A stretch of 64,000 nt of DNA. It comes from Okamejei kenojei. Taxonomy: Eukaryota. The number at the start of each line of letters is the position of its first letter. Within the stretch, counting starts at the first letter, position 1. The notes beneath the pieces are model-generated. The model made no database searches, was not told where the DNA came from, and worked only from the letters and a program-made list of their open reading frames with translations. Position numbers and translations under genes: made by a program. The stretch spans positions 18,786,001 to 18,850,000 of the forward strand of contig CM069165.1 in NCBI GenBank assembly GCA_035221665.1, read 5' to 3'. Shown one piece after another: positions 11,790 to 23,410 of this stretch.

Positions 11790-13240
11790 GTGGGAGAACA
11801 GAAAGGGTATTAAAGCTTAAGTGACTGGAGGGTTGCAACAGGAATATTTCACAGTGTTCCTTTCTCTTTGCAACATACATGGATATCTGGGATATAAATG
11901 CAGAACTGTGATTGTGGACCTAGCCAATGCTTCCAAAACAGGTAGTGCAGCTAATAGTGAAGAAGAATATCATAGAGGGCATTAAAGTTTAATGGACATA
12001 AAAGAGGCAAATATAATTCAGTCAGGATCAGTTCAGTGTAAGATAATGCCTTTGAGTATGGCGAACAACTAATAGGGTCACAATGAAAAATAGCATACAA
12101 AAAAAAACATTGAGAAAAATTGGGATTTTGGGAGTGCACATCAACAGAAGGTAATAAAGTAGGGATTAATGATACTTGCCTTAGGTGTTTCAGACAGACC
12201 GTATAAGAGTAGAAAGGCATTGCTGGTACTGAAAAAAAACTTAGGATACAGTTAGGGTATTATGTACAATTCTGGTCCCCGATGCCATGGTTCAACAATG
12301 ACCACATTGACACTCGCAATAGGGTGAACTCACATGGTTTAGTCCATGTAGTAAGCAAGTCCAGGACCCCATGGGGGCACTGTCCCTTGCCATCAGAGTG
12401 CATGTGCGATGACGTTGGCAATCTCGGGCTTGTCCCAGCAGCTTAGGCCTGGTCTTTGAAGAAGGAAGCTTGGCGATCTCAGGCTTCTACCTGCAGTTCG
12501 CCCCTGTCTCGAGAGGAGCTGCTGATGGTACAGGATTCTTCCTGGCAGCTCAACTTTGAGTTTGGCGAGGTGACACTGGAGGTATCTTGATTATTCCAGC
12601 AGCCAGTCGTTGCCTCTGTGTGTGTGGGCGTAGTCCCTCATTGTCTGTGGGCAGGTAGAGGTTCTGGCAACTCACGCTTGCCCTGGCCACTCAGTCTTAG
12701 CCACAGGTAGAGGTGCTGGCTATTTAGGGCATCTTTCCTGGAGGTCTAGTCTTAACTACACAGTGGCGCTGGTGGTCTTGGGTCTGTCCCAGTGGCTCAG
12801 TCTTCCTCGTATCTGCCTCAGGAGCACACAACTGTGAGGGAAGGCCCACTTTGTTTCCCTTCCTCCCATCTTCCTTCTCCTTCTTCCACTTTCTCTTCAG
12901 CTTCCTTTCTCATCTTCTCCCTTCTCACAATCTCCCTCTCTGGCTTGAAATCCTGGGTTTGAAAGAGAGTAGGCTGACAAGCTAAAAAGTGAATTGGTTC
13001 TGGGCATTGGTCTCTCCTGGTCGGTCAGCCTGTTAATGGAATCAGAGCTGCACCCAAGGGAGAGGGAGCTATCACAAAGAGTATGGCAGCTCAAGAGAAG
13101 AGTTCTGAGGACATTTACTATGGTTTTACCAGGCTGGAGAATTATAGTTACATGGGGAGATCAATCAGGCCAACATTGTTTACTTTGGAACTGAAGAGGT
13201 TGCGGCCCAAATTAATTGAGGTGTTCAAAGTTATGAGAAA
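11790..13240 (+). mobile_element. Old CR1 LINE interrupted by an ~800-bp insertion (about 12290-13085, possibly an antisense Tx1/L1-type fragment)
   Basis: YYVQFWSP-coding sequence ends near 12281 and the continuation RRVLRTFTMVLPG resumes near 13095; the insert reads IASVNV on the minus strand, like a Tx1 ORF2 start. Confidence 0.5.
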
Positions 13241-13246
13241 CTATTA

Positions 13247-13528
13247 GGCACAGTGGCACAGCTAGTTGACCCACTGCCTTAGCACCAGTCCAGGTTCAAT
13301 CCTGATCTTGTTTGCCATCTGTGTGGAATTTGGATGTTCTCTTCTGACTGCATGGGTTTTCTCTGCTGCTTTGATTTTCTCCAACATCTTAATGACATGC
13401 AAGTTGCTAGATTGATTTTCCGCAATGTGTAAGTTAGTGGTAGAATCTGTTGTGCAAAATTGTTTGGTTAATGATCGGTATGGTCTCGATGAGCTGAAGG
13501 ACCTGCTTCTGTGCGGTATCTAAGTTTA
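13247..13528 (+). mobile_element. HE1-type SINE (diverged)
   Basis: GGCACAGTGGCACAGC A-box region, GGTTCAATCC B box, tail GAGCTGAAGGACCTGCTTCTGTGCGGTATC. Confidence 0.75.
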
Positions 13529-14855
13529 AAGGTACGTAAACAAATGAAGTCTTGTTTTCTCTCTCTTTTTCTTTATTTGCATCATTTGGTTCCTTCCAAA
13601 TTCTAACTGAATTTGTCCAGGCACCAAAGTGGTTTCTTATAGTGAATTCCTCCAAGAGGCTGATATATGATTGTTTTTATATGCATTGAGTTACCCAAGA
13701 GATTGAAGAAGTGACAGTGAAGAAGTGCAATAGATACACATATGGACTTCCTAAAGGCGCTTCATGAGTAACCACAGTGCATCAGTAACCACATCAGAAT
13801 TAATCAAAAAACTGAAACTTATGTTTTTAAAGAGATAACATGGCCACATAATTGTCTTGAGATAGGAGGCAATGATCATGGTGATTTTATTTCTGAATGA
13901 AGTAAAATATGCATTGGAGTTTTCCTGGGATTAATAGTAGGACCAATTTTTTTATTTGGGTTTAGGGATTTTAATTTCAGTTGATATGAATCTTGGGAAT
14001 GTGAGCCAATACACAGTATGCAAATGAATGTGAAATGGTTCTCTTTGGGAATAACAACCTGGAGGAGCAGTGCCATTTGGTTCTGATTTGAGCATGTGCT
14101 CGATCAGAGGACCCCAGGGTGTCAACAATACAACTCTTTGTAGATACAGGGCAAGTTGATCAGGGTAGAAACAAGGAACTGCAGATGCTGGTTTACAAAC
14201 AAGGATACGGAGTGCTAGGGAATGAAAAAGGACTCAGCAGGTCAGGCAGCATATCTAGAGAACATGAATCTCTGGAGAACCTGTCCATGTTCTTTAGGAA
14301 GCATGTCAGGTATATGGAGGAAATAAAGAGAATTATCAATGATGAAGCACTTTATCTGTTATTTAATTAGATGTGCTGGGACTGTTCTGCTCACAGCAGG
14401 CGGGAAAATGGGTTCCAAATGGCAAAGAGCTGTGGTGCAATAAGGAGGTGAAAATTATTTTTTCTGCCAGCATGGTGGTAAGCCAAAATGAGGAGATTAA
14501 AAACAATGGCAATGGGAATGGAGGGGATACTTCTTTACAATTAGGGCTTTGAAGAGATGGATCCTTTGAGCTAGTCCCATACAAACTTTTAAAAGAAAAA
14601 TTGATAGACACTGGAAGTAGATTGATATGCAGCTTTCTTTGGAAAAGGGTGGAATGTGGGACTAAATTATTTATCATATATGTTGGGGAAATTATGGGCT
14701 AAATTACATCAGCCAAATTTAGAAACAGACAAACTGTGGAACAATTCAGCATGGTTCTCTCTTCTGTACTTTCAATATCAACCCTCTTGCCATCCATTGA
14801 GAGCAGCATGAGGTGGTGTTCCCAGATCAGTGAAACCATTTCCCAATTCAGCGAT

Positions 14856-15043
14856 AAACACAAATTGCTGGAGTAAATCAGCGGGACAGGCAGCATCTCT
14901 GGAGAGAAGGAATGGGTGACGTTTCGGGTTAAGACCCTTCTTCAGACTTCATACATCATTGATGCTGCCTGTCCCGCTGAGTTACTGAGCATTTTGTGTC
15001 TATCTTTGGTTTAAACCAGCATCTGCAGTGACTTCATACACAT
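14856..15043. mobile_element. Palindromic Penelope-derived element with intact minus-strand hammerhead core and 11-bp TSD
   Basis: Inverted arms; TSD AATTCAGCGAT at 14845-14855 and 15047-15057; minus strand CTGAAGA-A-GGGT-CTTA-ACCC-GAAAC-GTC at about 14914-14947. Confidence 0.8.
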
Positions 15044-15564
15044 CCTAATTCAGCGATTACTCTTGTTCAAGTGACTAATATTTCACCAATTACCATCTGG
15101 GCAGGCAGTCCGTGGATTGTTATAACATGGAAATACATATATCTTGTATATGGAAATAGGATGAAGGCTGTTTAGGCTCTCAATTCTGACATTAAATATA
15201 ATTCCACCACTTTTTTTGCCCAATTCTATATCCCTTGATCGCTTTGAAAATTATGATTACATTCTGGATATTAACAAATAATTACTCTATGCATAGCTGT
15301 ACGCATCTATGATGGATGTTTTTACTCTTCATTACACCTGAGATGTTCAATCATTTAGAAAATAGCGATCTACCCTGTGGAGGTGTCCAGGGAGCAGGTT
15401 AAGGCTATTTCTGTTGACATTTTCATTTAACATGCATGTGAAGTAAGCCGGTGTATTGTAAATGTAGCCTAAGGTACTTATCTTCTATCTCCCTTGCTCC
15501 TCTCCATCTCAGACCTGGGTAGCCTGTTGTAATTGCCGAAGTTCGTTTCCAGTTAGAATATGTT

Positions 15565-15692
15565 CAGAAAGAACTGCAGATGCTGGTTAAAATCAAACAT
15601 AGACACAAAATGCTGGAGTAACTCAGCGGGTGAGGCAGCATCTCTGGAGAGAAGGAATGGGCGACATTTCATGTTGAGACCCTTCTTCAGAC
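15565..15692 (-). mobile_element. Penelope-derived arm ending at the hammerhead 5' edge (core mutated)
   Basis: GAACTGCAGATGCTGG...GCTGGAGTAACTCAGCGGG...CCCTTCTTCAGAC. Confidence 0.75.
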
Positions 15693-16789
15693 CAGAATGA
15701 GGTACTCAATTTTCTGACCCAAGAGCAATCCCTTGCCATAGCACTAAGTTCAGCATGGAACCACCAGATCCCAACCTTTCCACCACATTTTAACATTCTG
15801 TTGGTGCAGTTCATTCTATCTTGAAAATGAATGAAACACTGGATTGTGGAAAGAATATGGAGCCACTGTTTTCTGAAGAAAGGATCCTGCTTTCAGGAAT
15901 GTTTTCATATTTCTCTTTGAGCAAAACTAGGTAATATAAACGAAAGCCCTGTTTCGGGTGTCTATATTTGTATGAGCAACCAGAATTAGAGCCGGGAATG
16001 AAGTGAGGAAACACATCGATATGGTAAACATTTCTAAATGCCAGTTGTTAGTTGACTGGTAAATGTCTGTTACAAGGTATTAAGGATTGTTAAATATGAG
16101 GCTGTCCTACTCTCACTGATTATCGGAAAGGTCTGAGAGGCTGAATGACCTTCAGATCCAATGTGCAGCTTAAAGGAGGTGCAGGTTGTTGCTAGAGATC
16201 ATTGCAAGAAAATTGGTAGACTGAAGGTGGTGGTAGTAGTGGTGACGGCTTGGGTAAAAGACATTATGTGTGTAGAAAATACACTTGTTGCTTCGAACAG
16301 TTGGCCAGATTGCACTGTCTTCCGTGACAAAGACCAGCTGGCCAATAACCAGCCCACTCTTCAACTAGAAGATAATTAACAAATACAGGCTCAGAGTGAA
16401 CAGAGCTAATTTTGTAGCCACCAATAAATGTAGGGTAATATGGACATGAAAGAACAGTTTTGCATGTAACCGTCGAAAAGATGATGAGAGGTTCAAAATT
16501 ACACTGCCAGAAGTCTCTAATATCTGTGTGACCTGATCAGTACTCTTAAATTAGACTGTTGCCCTGTGACTTGATATAGCTGTGTCACTGGATATGGTGG
16601 CTTAGTTTTGAAATCCATCCACATTCTTCCAGTAGAGCTGCCTCACTTAAAGGACTTCAGACTCCTTGGAAAATAAAATAAATATTAAATGCATTTCTGC
16701 AAAAATGGTGCCATATTGGGAAGTACTGGTAATACGGAATTAAATAAATGGATGACAATCCAATGATTTACATTTATAATCCAGAGAAA

Positions 16790-17042
16790 AAAAGACACAA
16801 GGTGCTGATTCAATGGGACAGGCAACATCTCTGGAGAACATGGATAGGTGACATTTTGGGTTGGGACTCTTCTTCAGACAGCATTATTTATTCCTGGCTC
16901 TAATTTCCGTGTCTGAAGAAGGGCCCCAACTCTAAACACCACCTATCAATGTTCTCCAGAGATGCTGCCTGACCCGCTGAGTTATCCCAATACTTTGTGT
17001 ATTTTTTCGTAAACCGGCATCTGCAGCTCCTTATGTCTACAT
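16790..17042. mobile_element. Palindromic Penelope-derived element with ~30-bp spacer
   Basis: Left arm ends TCTTCTTCAGAC, right arm starts GTCTGAAGAAGGG; both hammerhead cores degraded. Confidence 0.75.
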
Positions 17043-17212
17043 TTTATTGCTCTAATGCAATATCTCCTCAATGTGTGCCTACTTTGAAGTTCTCATTTGT
17101 TTGAAGAAGGGGCCTCTTCTATCCTTATTTCATACTTTTGATGTTTTCATCTCTAGCCTTCATCCAACCATCTGTCAATCGAAACCGCTCTCACCTATAA
17201 CCATCTATCATT

Positions 17213-17888
17213 TGTGTAGGAATGAACTGCAGATACTGGTTTAAATCGAAGTTAGACACAAAATGGTGGAGTAACTCAGGCAGGACAGGCAGCATCTCTG
17301 GAGAGAAGTCTGAAGAAGGGTCTCGATCTGAAATATTACCTATTCCTTCTCTCCAGAGATGGAATACTTACTCCAGCATTTTGTGTCTACCTTCCATCTA
17401 TCACTTGCCAGGCTGTGTCCTGCCCCCATCTCTCTTCCAGCTTTCTTCCCCCTACGACAATCAGTCTGAAGGCCAAGATCGAGTGGATGTGGAAAGAATG
17501 TTTCCAGTAATGGGAGAGTCTAGAACTAGAGGGCGCAGACTCAGAATAAAAGGACGTACCTTTAAAATGGAGATGAGGGACATTTTTTTAGCCGAAGGGT
17601 GGTGATTTGTGGAATTCATTGTCAGAAATGGCTGTGGTCGCCCAGAGATTTAAAGCAGAGATTGATAGGTTCTTGATTAGTAAGGTTATGGGAAAAGGCA
17701 GGAGAATGTTGAGAGGGAAACTAGATCAACCATGACCGAATAGCAGAGTAGACTCGATGGGTCGAATGGCCTAATTCTGCTCCAATGTCTATTGGTTGAA
17801 GAAGAGTTTCGACCTGAAATGTCACCTATCCGCATTCTCCAGAGATGCTGCCTGACCTACTGAATTACTCCAGCACTTAGTGTCTTTT
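17213..17888 (+). mobile_element. Penelope-derived palindrome plus pyrimidine-rich UTR, with a CR1 3' fragment (about 17472-17795) inserted in the hammerhead core
   Basis: CAATCAGTCTGAAG, then CR1 (VDVERMFPVMGESRTRG, tail GAATGGCCTAATTCTGCTCC), then TGAAGAAGAGTTTCGACCTGAAATGTCACC. Confidence 0.7.
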
Positions 17889-18289
17889 TGTCATTAAAGT
17901 CAAGCCAGGAGATCAGCCTGGGTTCAGTAGAGTGGAAAGGTATGCCAGAAATAGCACGAGGCATACCTAAAACCGAATTGCCAACATGGCAAAGTGGCAA
18001 TATTAACTACACGAATGCCAAAAATATGGTTCAATTGTCTTGTAAACAACAGTCAAACTCAACTCTCTGCAATCCTGCCTCTGTAAATGGTATAAACCAC
18101 CAACATTTAGCCATGGGAAGCATTAATCAAAGGAAAATGCTCCATCATTTGGAGCCATACTTCTCCAGGAAGATGGCTTCAGTTGCTGTAAGATAATCAT
18201 CACGGTCTCATGATTCTAATAAGATTGTACCCTCAGCGCAATTATTTTCAGATGCTTCATTAGGAATGACCATCTCCAACGTGGGACAA

Positions 18290-18960
18290 TCTAACCGCAC
18301 CTTTGAAATCCAGTGACATTGCTAACACAGTTCTTCAGGATCAGCAGTCTAGGGAGTCACCATTTACTAGAAATTCAGCAGGGCCACTCACATAAATGGA
18401 AAACAGATCCAAGGTTAAATGTCCTGTAGTGAATGAATCACATCCTGACTTCCAAAACCTTTCCACCATCTGCAAACCACAAGTCAGGAACATTATGGAA
18501 TATTTACAGATGAGGATTGCTTAATCAACACCTGAGGAGCTCAATATTATCTCAGACAAAACAGGGGTGTTGGATTGACATATTATTATATAATCATTCC
18601 CTCCTTCCACCACTGCCATCATTTTCAAAATGCAAAGTAATTATTCAATTTGGTTACTTTGAACAGCACCTTATAAATCTAATACCGCATCACCAATAAT
18701 GACAAGGAACGTATGTACATAGCTATGTACAATATCGATACGTTCCCTTCCAAATGATAAACCGTTCTACCTTGGAAATACTTTTTTTTTTCATTGTTAC
18801 TGGGGTTTCAATATTTCAATTCCATATCAAATGGTACTGTGGAAGCACTTTCATAATACAGCACATCAAAGTGATTCACCATCCTGACTTAAGGGCAATT
18901 AGTGAAGGACAATAAGTGCTGACTGTGTTAGCAATGGCCACTTTCAATGAATGGAGATAT
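18290..18960 (+). mobile_element. Old CR1/L2-group LINE 3' remnant
   Basis: TICKPQVRNIMEY-like coding remnant and 3' end AAGGGCAATTAGTGAAGGACAATAAGTGCTG; related minus-strand remnant at about 36880-37140. Confidence 0.45.
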
Positions 18961-19308
18961 TAAAATCATGGGGCATCTGATTTTTTAAATATATTTGTTA
19001 CTTTTGTAAATTATGTACTTTTAAACAACTTTGCACCTATTTACCTTGAAGCTGCAATACACGTGCTTGCTATTTGCTCCATTGTGTCCGTATAAGATGT
19101 TTATGCGCCAAGTGAGCATCCTTTCACATTCATCCTGTTAATATTTCTATTCATTATTTTTCTTGCCTGTTATTGTTGCTGACTTGTTTACATTTCAAAT
19201 GACGACAGAATGTTATTATTCCTAAAGGATGAAAGAAAGATCAGGAGTTAATTTAATATATTGTCCGATGTAATAATTAAACTCAAACATGTTTAAAATC
19301 CCTTCCAG

Positions 19309-19540
19309 AACTGCAGTGCCCTATGGAGGGTTTGATAAGGCAGCGAAAATGATGACTTTTCAGCTCCCAGAATTTGAGGCAGCTCTTCCAGAACCCGAGC
19401 CCATGGTTGTGTTCCACCAAGATATCAGCACTCGGCCTAATTTTAACAGGACCCCTCTGGGCTGGACTCCAACAAGCACGGAGAGTTTGGTTAACCTTGG
19501 AATAGATCTCGAGTTTAACGCTGAAACTGATGACCTGTAG
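19309..19540 (+). CDS. MYOZ1: Myozenin-1 last coding exon: TAVPYGGFDKAAKMMTFQLPEF...RPNFNRTPLGW...NAETDDL*
   Basis: TAxPYGG and RPxFNRTP motifs, C-terminal E[ST][DE][DE]L PDZ ligand; joined CDS is 76+170+265+184+232 = 927 nt (308 aa plus stop). Confidence 0.96.
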
Positions 19541-19786
19541 AGGCCTTGGAAAAGTGCCTTGAAGCCATCTGTTTCGAGCACTCAGTTGGTGAGTGCTCAG
19601 GAGCACTTGGAAAATATTGGATTAGAAGTGACACTTGGCTATAATCATCACTGCATAAAATGTGTATTCTTTAAAAGCTGGTTGCTTCGCTCCCCCATAC
19701 ATTATCAACACATTTTTTAACTTTACTGTACACTGATCAAGAACAACTTTTTGGGTTCCTGTGACACATGGGATCCACATTATTTA

Positions 19787-19872
19787 AATAAAATCAAATA
19801 TGGTGGATATACATTTATGCCTTACAGATGCCTCTATTTATTGTTGGGCAAATATTTTCTAAATGAAATAAA
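19787..19872 (+). terminator. MYOZ1: MYOZ1 polyadenylation signals (AATAAA at 19787-19792 and 19867-19872)
   Basis: Two AATAAA hexamers 250-330 nt after the stop; the second is followed by a T-rich downstream element. Confidence 0.65.
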
Positions 19873-20059
19873 ACGTTAACAATATCAGAGTCTATTATTT
19901 TTCTGTACAAATTCACTCAGGCTGTTTGAAGAACAGTTACAGGTTGTGATACTTTACATTGGAAGCAATATTCCCTGTCTAAGGCGAGAGTAATACAATA
20001 CTAGATCCTACCTTCCAGAAGAAAAATCAATGACATGCCAGGTGTCGCTATTCTACTTG

Positions 20060-20680
20060 CATAGTTGGAAAACTTACAACCCAACAGTATGAAAATTGAA
20101 TTCTCAAATTGTAGGTATCTACCCAACAGCCCCCCCCCCAACCTTTTTTCTCCCCCTTCCCCTCGCTTCCCTGTGTCGCACCTAGATTCACACACATTTC
20201 TCCTCTCTCCATCTCATTCCACCTTCAGTCATACCTGTGGCTCCACAACTCTTCAATCCTTATCTCGCACCTTTTGCTTTTTCATCCCTGACCTTTCTCC
20301 AACCATCTGCCTATCACAACCCCCTCACCTGTATCTCTTCTAACTTACATCCCTCCCCACTAATGGGTAAGCCATTTAGAATGGAGACAAGGAAACACTT
20401 TTTCACACAGAGTTGTGAGTCTGTGTAATTCTTTGCCAGAGGGCAGTGGAGGCCAGATCTCTGGATACTTTCAAGAGAAAGCTAGATTGGGCTCTTAAAG
20501 ATAGCGGAGTCATGGAATATGGGGAGAAGGCAGGAACGGGGTACTGATTGTGGATGATCAGCCATGATCACATTGAATGGCTGTGCTGGCTCGAAGGGCC
20601 AAATGGCCTACTCCTGCACCTATTGTTTATTGTCTATAATCAGTCAAGAAGGGTCCTGACCCAAAGCATCACATTTCCAT
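20060..20680 (+). mobile_element. Penelope-like element 3' end (GIY-YIG tail, UTR, degraded hammerhead) with nested CR1 3' fragment (about 20362-20637)
   Basis: ENLQPNSMKIEFSN matches GSLQSSGMNVD of the 62-kb copy; pyrimidine-rich UTR; AATCAGTC-AAGAAGGGTCCTGACCC follows the CR1 insert. Confidence 0.65.
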
Positions 20681-20689
20681 GTCACGCAA

Positions 20690-20945
20690 ACCACCTCTAA
20701 TCTATCTGTATGTGATCCATATCCCTCCATTCCCTGTGTATTCATGTGTCCATCCAAAAGTCTCTTAGCCACCAGTATCATATCTGCTTTAACTACCATT
20801 CCCAGCAGCGCATTCCAGGCACTCACCACTGCCCCCGTGTTAAATAAAATTGCCCAGCACGTCTCCTTTAAACTTTGCCTCTCTCACCATAAAGCTAGCA
20901 TTTGATATTTCCACCCTGAGAAAATAAAGTTCTGACTGTCTACTC
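20690..20945 (-). mobile_element. CR1/HER1-type LINE 3' fragment
   Basis: MVSAWNALLGMVVKAD..KRLLDGHMNTQGMEGYG, a typical CR1 ORF2 C-terminus. Confidence 0.75.
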
Positions 20946-21757
20946 TAAATGTGCATTAATAATTATATACAGCATATATTTTATACACTCAAAACACTGC
21001 AGTTCCTTCGTAAACATCTTAACCAAAAGTTAATAGCTGTGGACAGAAAAATGGTCATCAATGAATAAGCTTCAAAACGAGAGCCAGAAAAGATATGACA
21101 AATAGTTAAAGTGAATAGACAGTGTGTTGTAACTGCACAGTTAAATTAAATGGTTAATCTCTCAAAACATTCACTCCCTGTAAATTGGTTCTACTGAGCA
21201 TGTCATGGGAAGGACCAGTTCCATTGTGCAGAACTCCATGAACCTCAACCCTGTTGGTAAGTGAAATTAAAATGAGACCAAGGGAAGAGAGCCAAGGAAA
21301 TGCAACAGACATTAGAATATCTCATAGGATGCAGAGATGTTGAAGAGATCTGCAACTGATAAATCCTATACAGATCAATGGTCAATAAACGGGAGACCTA
21401 ACTTCAAATATTGACATAAAGGTCAATGTGATACATGTAGGTGCTTAATCCAGATAATTCATGGTTCAATTTGATATTTGCACATTCTATTTAGTTAACC
21501 TCAAGAGTCAGTCATTTGTTCTTAAAAAATGATTCACCAACAATAAAAGAAATGTATTGTGTTGAAGGAATCAGTTGTCAAGGTAACACTGTTGCAACAC
21601 AGAAATGTTGGACTTGCACAATTCAAACATTAACAAACAAGAGCTACAATGGATACTGCCTGACCTTCAAGTAATTCCCACATTCCAATGAAAATAGCTA
21701 CAAGTTTAGGTTTCAAGGCACTGTTAAAAAATATATAGATTAAATATATAGATGGAA

Positions 21758-21853
21758 GTCTGAAGATGGGTTTCGGCCCGAAACGTTACCTATTTCCTTC
21801 GCTCCATAGATGTTGCCGCACCCGCTGAGTTTCACCAGCAATTTTGTCTCCCT
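21758..21853 (+). mobile_element. 96-bp hammerhead-bearing Penelope-derived insertion with 9-bp TSD
   Basis: TSD TAGATGGAA at 21749-21757 and 21854-21862; GT-CTGAAGA-T-GGGT-TTCG-GCCC-GAAAC-GTT-AC. Confidence 0.8.
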
Positions 21854-22139
21854 TAGATGGAATTTAAACCAGAAAAGCTGTAATTTTGGCTGAGGGAATC
21901 TTTAAAAATAGGCAATGGAATTGACTGCATAGGAAACATTCCAGCCCTTGTATACATCCATAATATACCAGCTTAATACCAGCCATCCCACACACACTTT
22001 ACTGATCAGTCTGTTATAAGCCTGCCTATCATACACTACTTGCATTACACCAGATCACTAAAGACCCATTTGTTACATATCCCTATTATGGATGTTGGTT
22101 GCCTGTTATAGATGATGATAGCATGGTTATGCAGTCTCA

Positions 22140-23000
22140 TGTCTTGTGGGATTGAGTGTGGCTCATGAGACTGCTGTGCAAGCCACACACATGGGAGCAG
22201 TGGGGGCACAGGAAGGCTGCTGTTGGAGGATTTAGGCCTGCAGCCTTCCTCCTGCCTCTGGCACGAACAGGTCAGCTTCGACGATTGTCTTCAAAATTGC
22301 TGACCACCTTCCTAGTGGTTGTATGCCAGCCAGTCCTATACCTGGCACGGGGTTTCATTTCTTTTGGGGGCTAGGCCTGCATGCTGGAGGTGGTCCTTGA
22401 TGCAGTCTTTGAACCGTTTTATTGGGCACCCTGGTTCCTTTGACCCTGTGACAGAACTCTACAGGAGTTGACGAGACATGTGGGATTCATCCGGATCACA
22501 TGGCCTGTCCCATCGAAGCTGGGCCTTTATGATCATTGCTTCGATGCTTGTGAAGCCAGACCGGTCCAGCGCTTCCTTGTAGGTAACTCTGTCTTGCCAT
22601 CGAATGCTCATGATGGACTGCAGAGTGCATGTGTAATTTCTCAAGCTGGCAGATGTGTTTCCTGTACTAGGTCCATGTTTCACATCCATACAGCAAGCTG
22701 GAGAGTACTACAGCTTTGTAGATTTTCAGACTAGTTGACAGCTCGATGTTGTGGTGGTTTAACACCTGTGCTCGCAGTCGACCAAGTATTTGATTGGCCT
22801 TGCTGATCCTGGGCAATATTTCCTTGTCCAGCGAACCATCAGAAGATATCACGCTGCCCAAGTGCTTGAGAGCATCAACTGTTTTCAGCTGTGTGTTGTC
22901 AATGTGTACACATGGTGGTGGCCCTGAAGAGCCTGGGGCTGGCTGGCTGGTGGAAGACCTCTGTCTTATTGAGACTGATATTAAAACCAAACAGCTGTGC
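22140..23000 (-). mobile_element. RTE-clade LINE ORF C-terminal half and 3' end
   Basis: HLGSVISSDGSLDKEI..RISKANQILGRLR..V..HHNI.LST.LKIYKAVVLSSLLYGCETWT; IRWQDRVT..E.L.R; AQLRW. Confidence 0.85.
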
Positions 23001-23244
23001 CGCTTCTGCAAATCTAGACACGATAAATTGGAGATCAGACTCCTTGTGTGCCATGAGGGTACAATGGCCATAACACACCCAGTCATTTCACATTGTGCCA
23101 CACCACTCCCTTTATTCACCTGGTACATACCTATTCATGACACACCCACTCAATTACATGCCCTTCTTTTTGAGCAGTCCCTCAGGATCAAGGATGATTT
23201 GCTTCCATACCATTTTTTAAGATTCAGAAATGACTGATTCGGAT

Positions 23245-23410
23245 GAAGATAAACACAAAATGCTGGAATTATTCAGCAGGTCAGGCAGCATTTTTGGAGA
23301 AAATGGATACGTGAAGTTTCAGGTTGGGACCTGTCTTCAGACTGATTGTAGTAGATGGCCGCAGGGGGGGAGTGGTCACTGGAAGCAAGAAAAAAATATG
23401 GACAAATCGG
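23245..23410 (-). mobile_element. Penelope-derived 3' end (degraded hammerhead)
   Basis: ACACAAAATGCTGGA..TCAGCAGGTCAGGCAGCAT...TCTTCAGACTGATTGTAG. Confidence 0.7.

Noticed and set aside
14856-17395. Palindromic repeats as DNA-transposon MITEs or pre-miRNAs
   Set aside because: Arms are asymmetric, TSD lengths vary (9-11 bp) and the arm is contiguous with a Penelope GIY-YIG remnant elsewhere
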